A stretch of 64,000 nt of DNA from Nitrospirota bacterium. Lineage in GTDB: Bacteria > Nitrospirota > Thermodesulfovibrionia > Thermodesulfovibrionales > Dissulfurispiraceae. The position numbers and the translations under genes were made by a program. Shown one piece after another: positions 23,054 through 32,898 of the stretch. The DNA lies in assembly GCA_963710375.1 (NCBI GenBank), contig CAVPZX010000002.1, positions 96,001 through 160,000 on the forward strand, read 5' to 3'. Numbering within the stretch: the stretch's first letter is position 1; each line of letters opens with the position of its first letter. The notes beneath the pieces were generated by a model. The model saw only the letters and a program-made list of their open reading frames with translations, made no database searches and was not told the origin of the DNA.

Positions 23054-23110
23054 AGCTAACAACCGGTCCAGCGCACGGCGTAACGCCGCCGCTGGACCGG
23101 AACGTTACTC
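23054..23110 (+). mobile_element. Degenerate attC-like site / hairpin after katG
   Basis: AGCTAAC ... CCGGTCCAGCG / CGCTGGACCGG ... AACGTT, about 57 bp with AAC...GTT ends. Confidence 0.5.
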
Positions 23111-23290
23111 TATAGTACGCTCGAAAATCTTCACTGTTGCAGATAATCGAACTATGTTTGTTTGTCAGGTGCAGCCGTCAAAATGTTTGTCTGACTTACT
23201 GGGCACAACGGGCCGGGCTCAATAGTGCGGCTTTTTGGCTCATTAACTTCTAATAGTCTTACGTGATAAGATGTAAGTGTTAAGACGGTA

Positions 23291-23806
23291 GTGTATAATT
23301 CTTCAGGTAATTTGAAAGCAACAAAGAAACATAAGGGAAAAAATCATTCGAAAGGCGGCCTTAGGGTCGTTGCCCTATTTGAAGCTGCAAAAGGGTTGCT
23401 TGTAGTGTTTGTTGGTTTTGGATTGCTGGCGTTCATTAATAAGGACATTCACTCGGCTGCCGAGCGTCTCGTTCGGCACTTCCACTTGGATCCGGCCAGA
23501 CATTACCCCAGGATTTTCATCGATGCGGCTCAGCACTTGACAGATCGGTATCTTTGGGCAATGGCCTTCTCTGCGATTCTCTACTCGGGGGTTCGCTTCG
23601 TAGAAGCGTATGGTCTATGGCATCAGAGGCAGTGGGCCAAATGGTTCGGGCTCCTTTCGGGAGCAATGTACGTCCCTGTAGAGCTGGTCGAAATAATGCG
23701 GGGCGTGACGTGGCCCAAAATTACTGTATTAGTCATCAACTCAGGGATTGTGGGATATCTGGCTTATGCCTTATGGCGGTCACGCCGTGACAGAAAACTT
23801 GCCTGA
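23291..23806 (+). CDS. DUF2127-like membrane protein
   Basis: LRVVALFEAAKG, EAYGLW....WA, YVPVELVE; four TM segments. Confidence 0.8.
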   Translation: MYNSSGNLKATKKHKGKNHSKGGLRVVALFEAAKGLLVVFVGFGLLAFINKDIHSAAERLVRHFHLDPARHYPRIFIDAAQHLTDRYLWAMAFSAILYSGVRFVEAYGLWHQRQWAKWFGLLSGAMYVPVELVEIMRGVTWPKITVLVINSGIVGYLAYALWRSRRDRKLA

Positions 23807-23987
23807 AATCGCATGAGAGTGTTTCAGGGTTATTGAAATGATGCTTCCTGAATTCCGCGCAACTTGAGCAGGGATTAAGAATGAATGTTTCTTTTGGTAT
23901 TTGTACGGCAGAGGTCGTATAATAGTCCATGTCTGGTGTTATATAGATCGTGTAATAAATTCTTAGTCTAAAAGAAGAGGAACCCCT

Positions 23988-24614
23988 ATGGAAAGACAAC
24001 GAGTCGGTATCGTGTTGTTTGAGAACATCGAGGTTCTTGATTTTTGCGGCCCTTTCGAAGTATTCTCCGCCACTCGCCTCAATGAGGAAAGAAGAAGGGA
24101 AGGACTATCGCCATTTGAAGTGCTGCTGGTGGCAGAGAAAAATGAACCCGTGCTCACATCGGGAGGTATGAAAGTTATTCCCGACCATACATTTGAGAGT
24201 TGCCCAAAGTTAGATATTCTTGTCGTGCCCGGTGGCTGGGGTACTCGCAAAGAACTCAAAAACCCAGTAATGCTCGATTGGTTACGTAATCGTGCCTTGG
24301 AGGTCGTGACCCTTACATCGGTTTGTACTGGTTCAATGCTTCTCGGGTTTGCCGGCTTACTTGATGGGCGCCACGCAACGACCCACTGGCGCTCGCTCGA
24401 CTGGATGCGTGAGTCTTTTCCATCCGTAACGGTTGAGTATGACAAGCATGTTGTCGAAGATGGGCGAATCTTCACCTCCGCAGGCATTTCTGCTGGGATC
24501 GATATGGCGCTCAAAGTTGTCGCTCGATATTACGGTGAAGCCATTGCGCGCGCCACAGCCAAGCAAATGGAATACTTATACCCTGAAAATAATGCTCGCA
24601 GAATTCAACTTTAA
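23988..24614 (+). CDS. DJ-1/PfpI family protein
   Basis: EVLDFCGPFEVF, VPGG.G, SVCTG, ATTHW, TSAGISAGIDMAL. Confidence 0.92.
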   Translation: MERQRVGIVLFENIEVLDFCGPFEVFSATRLNEERRREGLSPFEVLLVAEKNEPVLTSGGMKVIPDHTFESCPKLDILVVPGGWGTRKELKNPVMLDWLRNRALEVVTLTSVCTGSMLLGFAGLLDGRHATTHWRSLDWMRESFPSVTVEYDKHVVEDGRIFTSAGISAGIDMALKVVARYYGEAIARATAKQMEYLYPENNARRIQL

Positions 24615-24680
24615 GCATAACAATTCATTCACCTGGGAAGGCAAAAAGTGGCCGAGGTCCCCGTTAATTCAATCGTTCCC
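24615..24680 (+). mobile_element. Degenerate attC-like site
   Basis: GCATAACAATTCATTCA...TTAATTCAATCGTT begins right at the DJ-1 stop; the ends resemble aadA-type attC ends (from memory). Confidence 0.55.
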
Positions 24681-24767
24681 ATGAAAATTGACAGCCTTGA
24701 CCATCTTGTACTGACCGTTAAAGACGAGGAAGCAAGCACCACTTTTTTGTTTATAAGGAACGGATAG
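24681..24767 (+). pseudogene. Truncated VOC/glyoxalase-family gene remnant
   Basis: Translates as MKIDSLDHLVLTVKD..., a typical VOC N-terminus, then stops after 28 codons. Confidence 0.7.
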
Positions 24768-24779
24768 TGCACCAGCCAC

Positions 24780-25466
24780 TCAAACGATAAGTTTTTCTCC
24801 TGCCGCAAGGTCTTCCAGTTTCTTTCTGTTCATTATACTTATTTTGCGGCCCCGGACCTTGATAATATCCTGGCTGCTCATCTTGCCGAGAATACGCGAT
24901 ATCGTTTCCGGAATTGTGCCAAGAAGGCTCGCTAGCTGGCCCTTTGTAATAGTCAGTTCTAGATCACCCGAATCGTTCTCCCTCGCGCTTAAATAAAGAA
25001 GGTGCGCTGCCAATCTGGAAGGGACTTCTTTCAGCGAGAGCTCTTCCACAAGCATAGTAAAGCGCCTCAGCCGTCTCGAAAGGTCGGCAAGCATATTCAT
25101 CGCAAGAGATGGGTCCTTCCTGATCAGCTCCAGAAAAAATACCCTCGGGAAAAAGAAGATCCTGCTCCTCTCCACTGTCTCTGCATGGGCAGGAAAGCGC
25201 CCGCCTGTAAACATAGGCACTTCTCCAAAAGATTCGCCGCGTGTAACAAAATGCAATATTTGCTCTTTTCCCTCTGAAGAAAGCTTGAAAATCTTGACCT
25301 GGCCGGAAATGACAACATAAAAACCGGAAGCCTCCTCACCCTCGGAGAAAACAGTCTGTCCCTTCTGGAACGTTTGGTCTGTGGTAATATCCACCACTTC
25401 CTCAAGCTGCTGCTTGGGGAGGCCCTGGAAAAGCGGAATCCCGGAAATAAGATCAACAATATTCAT
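24780..25466 (-). CDS. Crp/Fnr-family regulator (HcpR/Dnr-like)
   Basis: cNMP-binding fold (GKEQIL, GESFGE), HTH LASLLGTIPETISR; no FNR-type Cys cluster. Confidence 0.9.
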   Translation of the reverse strand: MNIVDLISGIPLFQGLPKQQLEEVVDITTDQTFQKGQTVFSEGEEASGFYVVISGQVKIFKLSSEGKEQILHFVTRGESFGEVPMFTGGRFPAHAETVERSRIFFFPRVFFLELIRKDPSLAMNMLADLSRRLRRFTMLVEELSLKEVPSRLAAHLLYLSARENDSGDLELTITKGQLASLLGTIPETISRILGKMSSQDIIKVRGRKISIMNRKKLEDLAAGEKLIV

Positions 25467-25529
25467 AGAATGTTGTATATTATAACCGTAAATTTATAAA
25501 CAGGACATAAAAAAATAATCTATTTTAGA

Positions 25530-26010
25530 ATGGATCTAAAACTTATCCTCAAGATCATTCTTTACTTCCCCGGCACTTTTGCCCATGAGCTTGCGCACTG
25601 GGCCTGTGCGCTCATCTTCGGCAGCGCTAAAGGCTTTAATATAATCCCCAGGAGAGAGGGAGACAATCTTATCTTCGGCAGCGTGAGCGCAGCAGTCCGG
25701 TATAAGGTTTTTTGGATATTTATAGGCGCTGCACCGCTCGTTTGGTGGGTGATCCTTTATATGCTCCTGAAATATTACCGCATCATACATGCGGTAATTG
25801 AGGCGCCAAAGGTTTATATTACTCTCTCTTTCGAACGGTTCGTCTCTCCTTCCCTGGTTGACCTGCTCTTTTTATGGCTGGTCACACAGTCTGTTTTGGG
25901 CTGGAAGGCTGTCCATGCAGGATATAAAGACGTGTTTGGCGGGGCTGTTTTCTCTGTCCGGAGCAATATTGATTGTGGCGGCAGGGGTAATTGCAAGTCT
26001 CATTCTATGA
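25530..26010 (+). CDS. Membrane protein with HExxH zincin motif (apparent frameshift near 25890)
   Basis: PGTFAHELAHW, GAAPL; the C-terminus LFWAGRLSMQDIK...LIL is in ORF 25798..26010. Confidence 0.6.
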
Positions 26011-26054
26011 TTAATTAGAAATTTAGGGCACACTTTAAAGAAAAGGAGTTCAAA

Positions 26055-26576
26055 ATGAAAAAAATTATTGTAACAGTCGTCGTTTTCGCAGCCTTTTGTC
26101 TTTCGGCAGTCTCGTCTTCGCTTGCAGCGGATGACCTGAAGATAGGCATTTTTGACATTCAGAAGATATTGGCCGAGTCCAAGACGGTCCAGGGCTACCG
26201 CCAGAAGATCGAGAAAGATCTCGAACCGAAAAAAAAGGCCTTTGCCGACAAACAGCAACTCGCCAGCCATCTGGAGGAAAAAATGAAAATAGATGGACCG
26301 TCCATGTCCACCTCAGACAGAAGGATTGCCGAAGACCGGCTCAGCAGAGCAATGCTTGAAGTTAAGATGATGAACGAGGACATAAATCTGGAGTACCAGA
26401 GGATTAACAAGCAGCTTACCCAGCAGGCAGTGGATGAGATATTCAGGACTGCAGGTGATATTGGTTCGAACGAGGATTATTCGGTCATTTTCGAGAAGAA
26501 CCAGGCCGGAGTTGTATTCTTGAAAAATCGCTTCGATATCACGGAAAAAATTATAAAGGCATACGACAGCAAATAG
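26055..26576 (+). CDS. OmpH/Skp periplasmic chaperone
   Basis: Signal peptide, KIGIFDIQKIL, coiled coil, DITEKIIKAYD. Confidence 0.88.
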   Translation: MKKIIVTVVVFAAFCLSAVSSSLAADDLKIGIFDIQKILAESKTVQGYRQKIEKDLEPKKKAFADKQQLASHLEEKMKIDGPSMSTSDRRIAEDRLSRAMLEVKMMNEDINLEYQRINKQLTQQAVDEIFRTAGDIGSNEDYSVIFEKNQAGVVFLKNRFDITEKIIKAYDSK

Positions 26577-26679
26577 ATAACCCAAAGATGGAGTGCCGGA
26601 GTAAACTGAAGTGGCGCCGGCAATGAAAGAGTCTTGCATTTCGAAAGGATAGTCAGCATACTATCGATCCTGCACTCTA

Positions 26680-26721
26680 TTGATTTAAGTCAAGGACTGT
26701 CTCACTACCCCCCGTTATAAT
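26680..26721 (+). promoter_or_regulatory. Crp/Fnr-family box and -10 element of the ferredoxin gene
   Basis: TTGATTTAAGTCAA (26680-26693), identical to the hcp box, at the same distance from TATAAT (26716-26721). Confidence 0.8.
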
Positions 26722-26795
26722 AAAAACAGGGTAAGCGGTATCCCGGACCCGGTTAAGACAGATAGTAATATTACTAGACGAGGAGGAAATGCACC

Positions 26796-27557
26796 ATGGG
26801 AACGATGAGAAAAATTGTGGAGATCAACGAGGACCTTTGTAACGGCTGCGGGGAGTGTGTCCAGTCTTGTGCAGAGGGTGCGCTTCAGATCATCGACGGC
26901 AAGGCCCGTCTGGTTTCGGAAATATATTGCGACGGGCTCGGCGCCTGTCTCAAAGAGTGCCCGCAGGGGGCCATAAAGATAACCGAGCGTGAAGCAGCAG
27001 CGTTCGATGAACACGCAACAGAAGAGTATCTCAAGGAGAAAAGCGTGAAACAAGAGAGTGTCGGCACTCTCAACTGCGGTTGCCCGTCCAGCCGGCTCCA
27101 GATGTTCGGCAGTTCACCCTGCAGCGAAGCAAACAAGCCTTCTGCCCATGTAAACAACATAAGTTCGACTTCAGCTCTTACGCACTGGCCGGTGCAGATA
27201 AGGCTGGTGCCTCCAACAGCCCCTTTCCTGAAAGGCGCAAATCTCCTCGTTGCAGCGGACTGCACTCCTGTGGCCTATCCGGACTTCCACTCGGATTTCC
27301 TGAAGGACAAAGTAATCATGATGGGGTGTCCCAAGTTCGACAATGCAGACGAGTACATTCAGAAGTTTGCCGATATTTTCAGAACAGCTGACATCAGGAG
27401 CGTAACTGTCGTTATCATGGAGGTGCCCTGCTGTTCAAAGCTGCCGGTTATCGTAGAGCGAGGCATGGCAATAGCGGGTAAACAGATCCCTGTTGAAGAA
27501 GTAGTTATCAGTACGCGAGGGTACGTGCTGCCCAGCAAGCAGGCCAAGACAGATTGA
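26796..27557 (+). CDS. 4Fe-4S dicluster protein of the type often linked to hcp
   Basis: CNGCGECVQSC, CDGLGACLKECP, GCP, HWPVQIRLV, AADC, GCPKFD, MEVPCC. Confidence 0.88.
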   Translation: MGTMRKIVEINEDLCNGCGECVQSCAEGALQIIDGKARLVSEIYCDGLGACLKECPQGAIKITEREAAAFDEHATEEYLKEKSVKQESVGTLNCGCPSSRLQMFGSSPCSEANKPSAHVNNISSTSALTHWPVQIRLVPPTAPFLKGANLLVAADCTPVAYPDFHSDFLKDKVIMMGCPKFDNADEYIQKFADIFRTADIRSVTVVIMEVPCCSKLPVIVERGMAIAGKQIPVEEVVISTRGYVLPSKQAKTD

Positions 27558-27626
27558 AGGTGAGAACTTGAGAAGATGCGAAATTGAGCAGTCACACCCA
27601 CACACGTTCTCAACTTCTCAACTTCA
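27555..27626. repeat. Inverted octamer tandem-repeat hairpin between convergent genes
   Basis: TGAGAACT/TGAGAAGA-type units facing TTCTCAAC x2; runs from one stop codon to the other. Confidence 0.7.
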
Positions 27627-28100
27627 TGTCTCCGTATACTTACTCCGCCGTGCCTGAAAAAACTGCTTCAGCAAAATGGCACATTCCTCGTGCAGCACTC
27701 CTGAAATAACATGAACCTGATGATTCAGACGGTTGTCGGACAACAGATGATAGAGACTATCTACGCCACCACCCTTGCTGTCCTGGCAGCCGTATACAAG
27801 CCTGCCCAGGCGAGCGTTGACCATCGCTCCTGCACACATGATACACGGTTCTTTTGTCACATAGAGCGTTGCATCGGCAAGCCGCCAATTCTTTATCTTG
27901 CGGGCGCCGGACTTCAACACCGAAATCTCGGCGTGGGCGGTAGGATCAAAAGCTGACTCTCTTTTATTAAAAGACTTTGCAATTATCCCGTTATTGATTA
28001 CGAGTACTGCACCTACCGGGACCTCGCCTTTCTTAAATGCCTTTTCCGCCTCCCTGATGGCTCGGGTCATGAAGTCAGCGTCTGAAGCCATGTGGTCCAT
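27624..28100 (-). CDS. tadA: tRNA adenosine(34) deaminase
   Basis: GEVPVGAV, DPTAHAE, TKEPCIMC; exact start uncertain. Confidence 0.93.
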   Translation of the reverse strand: MDHMASDADFMTRAIREAEKAFKKGEVPVGAVLVINNGIIAKSFNKRESAFDPTAHAEISVLKSGARKIKNWRLADATLYVTKEPCIMCAGAMVNARLGRLVYGCQDSKGGGVDSLYHLLSDNRLNHQVHVISGVLHEECAILLKQFFQARRSKYTET

Positions 28101-28711
28101 TGGTCAACACCTTTTCCAGACTTGCATGAGAGTTCAAATATTTTTATTGATGGATTCAGCGACAGGGAATCTTTTTTTATCTTGTCAATATCGACATCGA
28201 GGAACGGACTCAGGTCTATTTTATTGATAATAAGCGCCGATGACTCCTGGAACATGAGCGGATATTTCAAGGGTTTGTCGTGTCCCTCCGCGATACTGAG
28301 GACCATCACTTTCATGTCCTCACCTACCTGGAATTCAGCCGGACAGACAAGATTACCCACATTCTCGATAACCAGGAGGTCCAATTCGTCCAGCGGCAGG
28401 TCAGGAATTACTTCATTGATCATGTTGGCATCCAAATGGCACGCGCCTCCAGTATTTATCTGCACAACGGGTACCCCGAGACGGTTTATCCTGACCGCGT
28501 CATCAGTGCCTGTAATATCGCCCTCTATCACCCCGATCTTCAGATCCCGCTTCAGCCCCGCAATGGTGGCTTCGAGAAGCGATGTCTTTCCGGCGCCTGG
28601 AGAGCTCATAAGGTTGATCACGTAAACCCCGGCGTCTGAAAAAATGCGTCTGTTTTCCAGGGCGATTCTCTCATTTGCTTCGAGTATTTTTGAGGCAACT
28701 TTAAATTTCAT
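28067..28711 (-). CDS. hypB: Hydrogenase nickel-insertion GTPase
   Basis: SSPGAGKT, IEGD, GGACHLDA, ENVGNLVCPA, KPLKYP, NKID. Confidence 0.96.
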   Translation of the reverse strand: MKFKVASKILEANERIALENRRIFSDAGVYVINLMSSPGAGKTSLLEATIAGLKRDLKIGVIEGDITGTDDAVRINRLGVPVVQINTGGACHLDANMINEVIPDLPLDELDLLVIENVGNLVCPAEFQVGEDMKVMVLSIAEGHDKPLKYPLMFQESSALIINKIDLSPFLDVDIDKIKKDSLSLNPSIKIFELSCKSGKGVDQWTTWLQTLTS

Positions 28712-28713
28712 TA

Positions 28714-29058
28714 TCAATCGACCTCCAATTCTTTTATGTCAAGCTCACGACCCGTATGCAAGGTATAGGCGTTGCTGCCGCATTGAGGACAGCAGAGCAC
28801 AAACTTTTCAGTTGTTGTAAAATCGACGCTGCATGCAGAACAGTGGCCGGCAATCGGAACTTCTTCAATTATAAGAGTGGCCCCCGAAGCTATCGTTTCG
28901 CTCTTGAGAGCATTAAAGGCAAAAAGCAATGCCTCTGGCATTACTCCAGAGGCACTGCCGATACAGACTCTTACATTGTTTATTTTGGTATATCCACCCT
29001 TTTTGCATTCATCAACAGCAATTTTCAGAAGACTTTCAGCTATGGATACTTCATGCAT
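28714..29058 (-). CDS. hypA: Hydrogenase nickel metallochaperone
   Basis: MHE N-terminus, two CxxC, GREL. Confidence 0.96.
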   Translation of the reverse strand: MHEVSIAESLLKIAVDECKKGGYTKINNVRVCIGSASGVMPEALLFAFNALKSETIASGATLIIEEVPIAGHCSACSVDFTTTEKFVLCCPQCGSNAYTLHTGRELDIKELEVD

Positions 29059-29060
29059 GC

Positions 29061-29360
29061 TTACTTTTGCACTTCTTTCTCGTAAGCCTCTTTGCCGGCC
29101 TCGAAGGCTGCCGCAATTAACGACTTCTTCTCATCGACAAAACTCTTCCCCTTCTCAACAGTAGATGTGACTTTTTCCTTTGCCTGAGCCACATACTCAC
29201 CCGCCTTTTCCTTCACATCATCCGCAATATCCATTATTTTTTTCCGTGTCTCAGGACCTGATTGGGGGGCAAGGAGCAGTGCCAGACCGGCTCCCACCAT
29301 GCCGCCCAGGAGGAATGACAGCAAAACAGAACCTGAACTGAAACCTTCCTCATCTCTCAT
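29061..29360 (-). CDS. YtxH-domain protein
   Basis: FLLGGMVGAGLALLLAPQSGPETRKKI. Confidence 0.88.
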   Translation of the reverse strand: MRDEEGFSSGSVLLSFLLGGMVGAGLALLLAPQSGPETRKKIMDIADDVKEKAGEYVAQAKEKVTSTVEKGKSFVDEKKSLIAAAFEAGKEAYEKEVQK

Positions 29361-29364
29361 AGTA

Positions 29365-29775
29365 TTACCTCCTTTCTTTTAGCTGGTTAATTAAGACATT
29401 CATAGCTGTTTTTACGCCGGCTCTCAGACCGAAAGCCTTTAATGACAACCCTTCGCCTAAGTTATTAAGAAGACTGCTGAGCACCTTCAGGTTAATTACT
29501 ACGTCACTGCCGGCTTCGGCAATGCTGCGAGCCGCATCGGTTACTGCTCCGACATCATCGGTAATTCTCCGTACGCTCTTGAGAAATTGCTCTGTCTCAA
29601 GGATGACAGGATTCAGCCGCTCCTCGGTGCTTTTTAAAGAGCTATTTAAGGCAGCGACCGCCTTTCTCATCTCAAATATCGCGTAGATAAGTAAGCATAT
29701 TACAGTGATAATACCAAGTGCCAATATGAAAAATACGGCGCTCGTAATTATGATCAACCATGTATGATCCGCCAT
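29365..29775 (-). CDS. DUF948 (YoxC)-like membrane-anchored coiled-coil protein
   Basis: One TM segment plus coiled coil; usual partner of YtxH. Confidence 0.65.
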   Translation of the reverse strand: MADHTWLIIITSAVFFILALGIITVICLLIYAIFEMRKAVAALNSSLKSTEERLNPVILETEQFLKSVRRITDDVGAVTDAARSIAEAGSDVVINLKVLSSLLNNLGEGLSLKAFGLRAGVKTAMNVLINQLKERR

Positions 29776-29841
29776 CCGCTCTCCTCCTTTTCACAAGTAT
29801 ATCACATTTAACAGTCCACAAAAAGCAAGCACTAAAAAAGG

Positions 29842-30420
29842 TTAAATTGCTCCATCAAACTTTGTTTTCCGGTAAACATACACTACTCTCTGAATAACCG
29901 TGATATGGCTTAGCACAAACAGGATGAGAATAACCGGAAAAAGTCTTCCTGTCAAGCACCCTGCAGCCAAAAGCAGAATGCGCTCGGGCCTCTCTATTAA
30001 ACCCACATTGCAAGGGACACCAAGACCTTCTGCACGTGCCCTGACATAACTGACCAGAAAAGCTCCGACCAGGCTCCAAATAGTAAAAAATATCCCGATC
30101 AGATTGTCCTCTTTGAAGAAAAGCCACATAATGGCAACGAAAAGAGCGGCATCTGCATACCGGTCCAAAGTAGAATCGAGCAGAGCCCCGAATTTAGTAT
30201 CTTTTCCATTCGTGCGAGCAACAACACCGTCAAGGAGGTCAAACGACCCGCCTATCAGTATCATGAGACCGCCTGCCGTTGTATTAAAAGGTACAAGCGC
30301 TGCAGCTGCAAGAGTGACTGCAAAACCGGTGAAGCTTAAAACGTTCGGGCTTACAGGTATTAGTTTCGCTATCGGAGTAAGTGGCTTATCCAGTAAATGC
30401 CCGAACTTGGCGCTTATCAA
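29842..30420 (-). CDS. CDP-alcohol phosphatidyltransferase (PI/PIP synthase-like)
   Basis: DLLDGVVAR...FGALLDSTLDRYAD, SYVRARAE, ERPER; directly after ino1. Confidence 0.88.
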   Translation of the reverse strand: MISAKFGHLLDKPLTPIAKLIPVSPNVLSFTGFAVTLAAAALVPFNTTAGGLMILIGGSFDLLDGVVARTNGKDTKFGALLDSTLDRYADAALFVAIMWLFFKEDNLIGIFFTIWSLVGAFLVSYVRARAEGLGVPCNVGLIERPERILLLAAGCLTGRLFPVILILFVLSHITVIQRVVYVYRKTKFDGAI

Positions 30421-31536
30421 CTACCGCTCCCTTACCCCTGTGATAAACTCCTCTACCATGGTCCTAGCTTCCTCATCAGAGAACTGTTTATAAGGATGTT
30501 TCATAAAAGACGCTGCCGGCGAAAGCAGGACCCCGCCTATACCCCTGTCTCTTGCGATCTTGCAGCACCTTATGGCATCGATGACAACGCCGGCACTGTT
30601 GGGCGAGTCTTCAACTGACAAGCGCAACTCCAGATTCACCGGAATATTTCCGAACCCCTGACCCTCGATCCTGAGAAAGCAGACCTTGTTATCATTCATC
30701 CACGGCACATAATCAGAGGGGCCTATATGGATATCATCACCGTCAAGGTGGTGCGTTATCTGAGAACAGACAGCCTCTGTCTTCGATATTTTTTTTGATT
30801 TAAGCCGGGCCTGGCTCCGCATATTAAGAAAGTCGGTGTTGCCGCCAACATTCAACTGATAGGTATGCGTTATTTTTACACCTCTGTTCATGAAGAGTTT
30901 CGCTAAGGTGCGGTGAATTATGGTAGCGCCGACCTGTGACTTGACGTCATCGCCTATCAGGGGAATGCCCTTCTTCTCAAACCGGCTGATCCATTCTTCA
31001 TCCGATGCAATAAATACGGGAATGCAGTTTATAAAGGCAACGCCGGCCTCAAGGCAGGCATTTGCATAATAACGTGTTGCATCTTCAGAGCCGACAGGCA
31101 GGTAATTAAGAAAGAGTTCAGCACCGCTCTCCCTGAGCACCTTGACAACATCGCATGGTCTTTCGTCTGCTACAATGAATCGCCGGTCATCAGGATAATC
31201 AGCCATATGGGCCGCAACCCCATCGAGCACTTCGCCCATCTGCACTATTACTGCCTGAGTGGATGCAGGACTGCTTATGTTGGCGTAAAATACTTTTGTA
31301 CAATTCGGTTTGGCAAACATAGCCTCTTCAAGCGGCTTATGGACCTTTCTGGCATCTATATCAAAAGCTGCGGCTATAACAATATCTCCGGGCAGGTATC
31401 CGCCGAGATTATAATGCATAAGTCCTAAGGAACTGCCGGGATCATCTTCTTTTATCGCCCTGTAGTATTCAATGCCCTGAATAAGAGAACTCGCACAGTT
31501 ACCGATTCCGGCAATTGCAATTCGTATCAGGCCCAT
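30421..31536 (-). CDS. ino1: myo-inositol-1-phosphate synthase
   Basis: GIGNCASSL, NYLPVGS, GDDVKSQVGAT, GGNTDFLNM, EDSPNSAG. Confidence 0.94.
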   Translation of the reverse strand: MGLIRIAIAGIGNCASSLIQGIEYYRAIKEDDPGSSLGLMHYNLGGYLPGDIVIAAAFDIDARKVHKPLEEAMFAKPNCTKVFYANISSPASTQAVIVQMGEVLDGVAAHMADYPDDRRFIVADERPCDVVKVLRESGAELFLNYLPVGSEDATRYYANACLEAGVAFINCIPVFIASDEEWISRFEKKGIPLIGDDVKSQVGATIIHRTLAKLFMNRGVKITHTYQLNVGGNTDFLNMRSQARLKSKKISKTEAVCSQITHHLDGDDIHIGPSDYVPWMNDNKVCFLRIEGQGFGNIPVNLELRLSVEDSPNSAGVVIDAIRCCKIARDRGIGGVLLSPAASFMKHPYKQFSDEEARTMVEEFITGVRER

Positions 31537-31544
31537 GACTTAGC

Positions 31545-31973
31545 TCACGTGATCTCAATGTGTCTGGGCAATGCCCCTGCACTTTTGGGAATAATGACAT
31601 TCAGTATACCATCCCTGAGTGTCGCTTTTATCTCGTTCTTCTGAACTACGGCAGGCAAAATAAATGACCTTGAAAAGAAGCCGTAATACCGTTCAATCTG
31701 ACAGTAACTTTTTCCTTCCCGCCTGGACTTCCGCTCGCCGCTGATTTTGAGGGTATTGTCCTCCACTACGATGTTAATATCTGTCTCCAGCACTTCAGGC
31801 AGTTCTGCCTTTACTGCGAATGCTTCATCTGTTTCATAGATATCGACCGCAGGCACCCATACCCCTGTTCCTGCATCTCCGAATCTTACGGATTTGGGAG
31901 CGCCATGCTCAAAAAGCCTGTTTGCCCGCTCCCTCAATACAAAAGTATCTTTAAAAGGATCCCATTTTTTCAT
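31545..31973 (-). CDS. Hsp20 small heat-shock protein
   Basis: WVPAVDIYET, AELP, ERYYGFFSRSF.LP, DGIL. Confidence 0.92.
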   Translation of the reverse strand: MKKWDPFKDTFVLRERANRLFEHGAPKSVRFGDAGTGVWVPAVDIYETDEAFAVKAELPEVLETDINIVVEDNTLKISGERKSRREGKSYCQIERYYGFFSRSFILPAVVQKNEIKATLRDGILNVIIPKSAGALPRHIEIT

Positions 31974-32109
31974 GTCCTATTTTCCCTCCCAGCCCCCGAT
32001 ACGATTATAGATGATTTTTATAAAATAAAGTATACAGTATACAATGCCGGTCAGGCAAAGGCAAAATTTGACCTTTTACAGTTTGCAATGATAGTCTATG
32101 AATTAACCT

Positions 32110-32817
32110 ATGCACATCCCCGATGGTTATTTAAGCCCTCAGACTTATATTCCTTTGTATGGTGTATCCTTTGCTTTTTGGACCGTTTCGCTGAAAAAAC
32201 TGAAAAAAGAACTTTCCGCTAAATACATTCCCTATCTGGCCATGGCAGCGGCATTCTCGTTCCTTATTATGATGTTCAATATCCCGATTCCAGGCGGGAC
32301 AACGGGCCATGCTGTGGGCGCGGGCATTATTGCAACGCTGCTCGGGCCTTGGACTGCAGTCATTGCCGTATCCATGGTGCTGATAATTCAAGCCCTCGTT
32401 TTCGGGGATGGAGGAATTACCGCAATTGGAGCGAACTGCTTTAACATGGCTGTTGTAATACCGTTCGTATCATATTGGACATTTAAACTGGTGAAGGGAA
32501 ATGCCGTAAGTGGGCGCAGGATTTCGGCAGCGGCTTTCCTTTCCGGCTATACCGGATTGTCCGTTGCTTCAATAATAACCGCAGTCGAACTCGGCATCCA
32601 GCCCATTATTGCCCACGCCGCCGATGGCAGGCCGCTCTATGCGCCATATCCGCTGTCAGTTGCAGTCCCCGCAATGGCGCTGGAGCATCTTTTGCTGTTC
32701 AGCGTTGTAGAGGGGACAATAACCATGCTGCTCTTTAAATACTTCGTTAAACACGAACCCGGTTTAGTGTACGCGTTAAGAAAAACAGGTAAAGGTCAAG
32801 ACATAGGTTTAGGTTAA
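32110..32817 (+). CDS. CbiM/NikM ECF-type Co/Ni transporter substrate component
   Basis: MHIPDGYL N-terminus, PGGTTGH, QALVFGDGG; no Q/O components nearby. Confidence 0.9.
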   Translation: MHIPDGYLSPQTYIPLYGVSFAFWTVSLKKLKKELSAKYIPYLAMAAAFSFLIMMFNIPIPGGTTGHAVGAGIIATLLGPWTAVIAVSMVLIIQALVFGDGGITAIGANCFNMAVVIPFVSYWTFKLVKGNAVSGRRISAAAFLSGYTGLSVASIITAVELGIQPIIAHAADGRPLYAPYPLSVAVPAMALEHLLLFSVVEGTITMLLFKYFVKHEPGLVYALRKTGKGQDIGLG

Positions 32818-32890
32818 GGTTAAGGTTAAGAAAAGACAAAAGCACAGCGTCATTAATCTTTGACTTAACCTTAACCTTAGCCTTAACCTG
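32787..32890. repeat. Inverted hexamer tandem-repeat hairpin (AGGTTA / CTTAAC)
   Basis: Left arm 32787-32830, right arm 32864-32890, between convergent genes. Confidence 0.8.
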
Positions 32891-32898
32891 CCTTTCCT

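Noticed and set aside
23200..23260. Third attC-like site (GCACAAC...GCGGCTTTTT)
   Set aside because: Only a left-end resemblance; no complementary right arm or GTT end.
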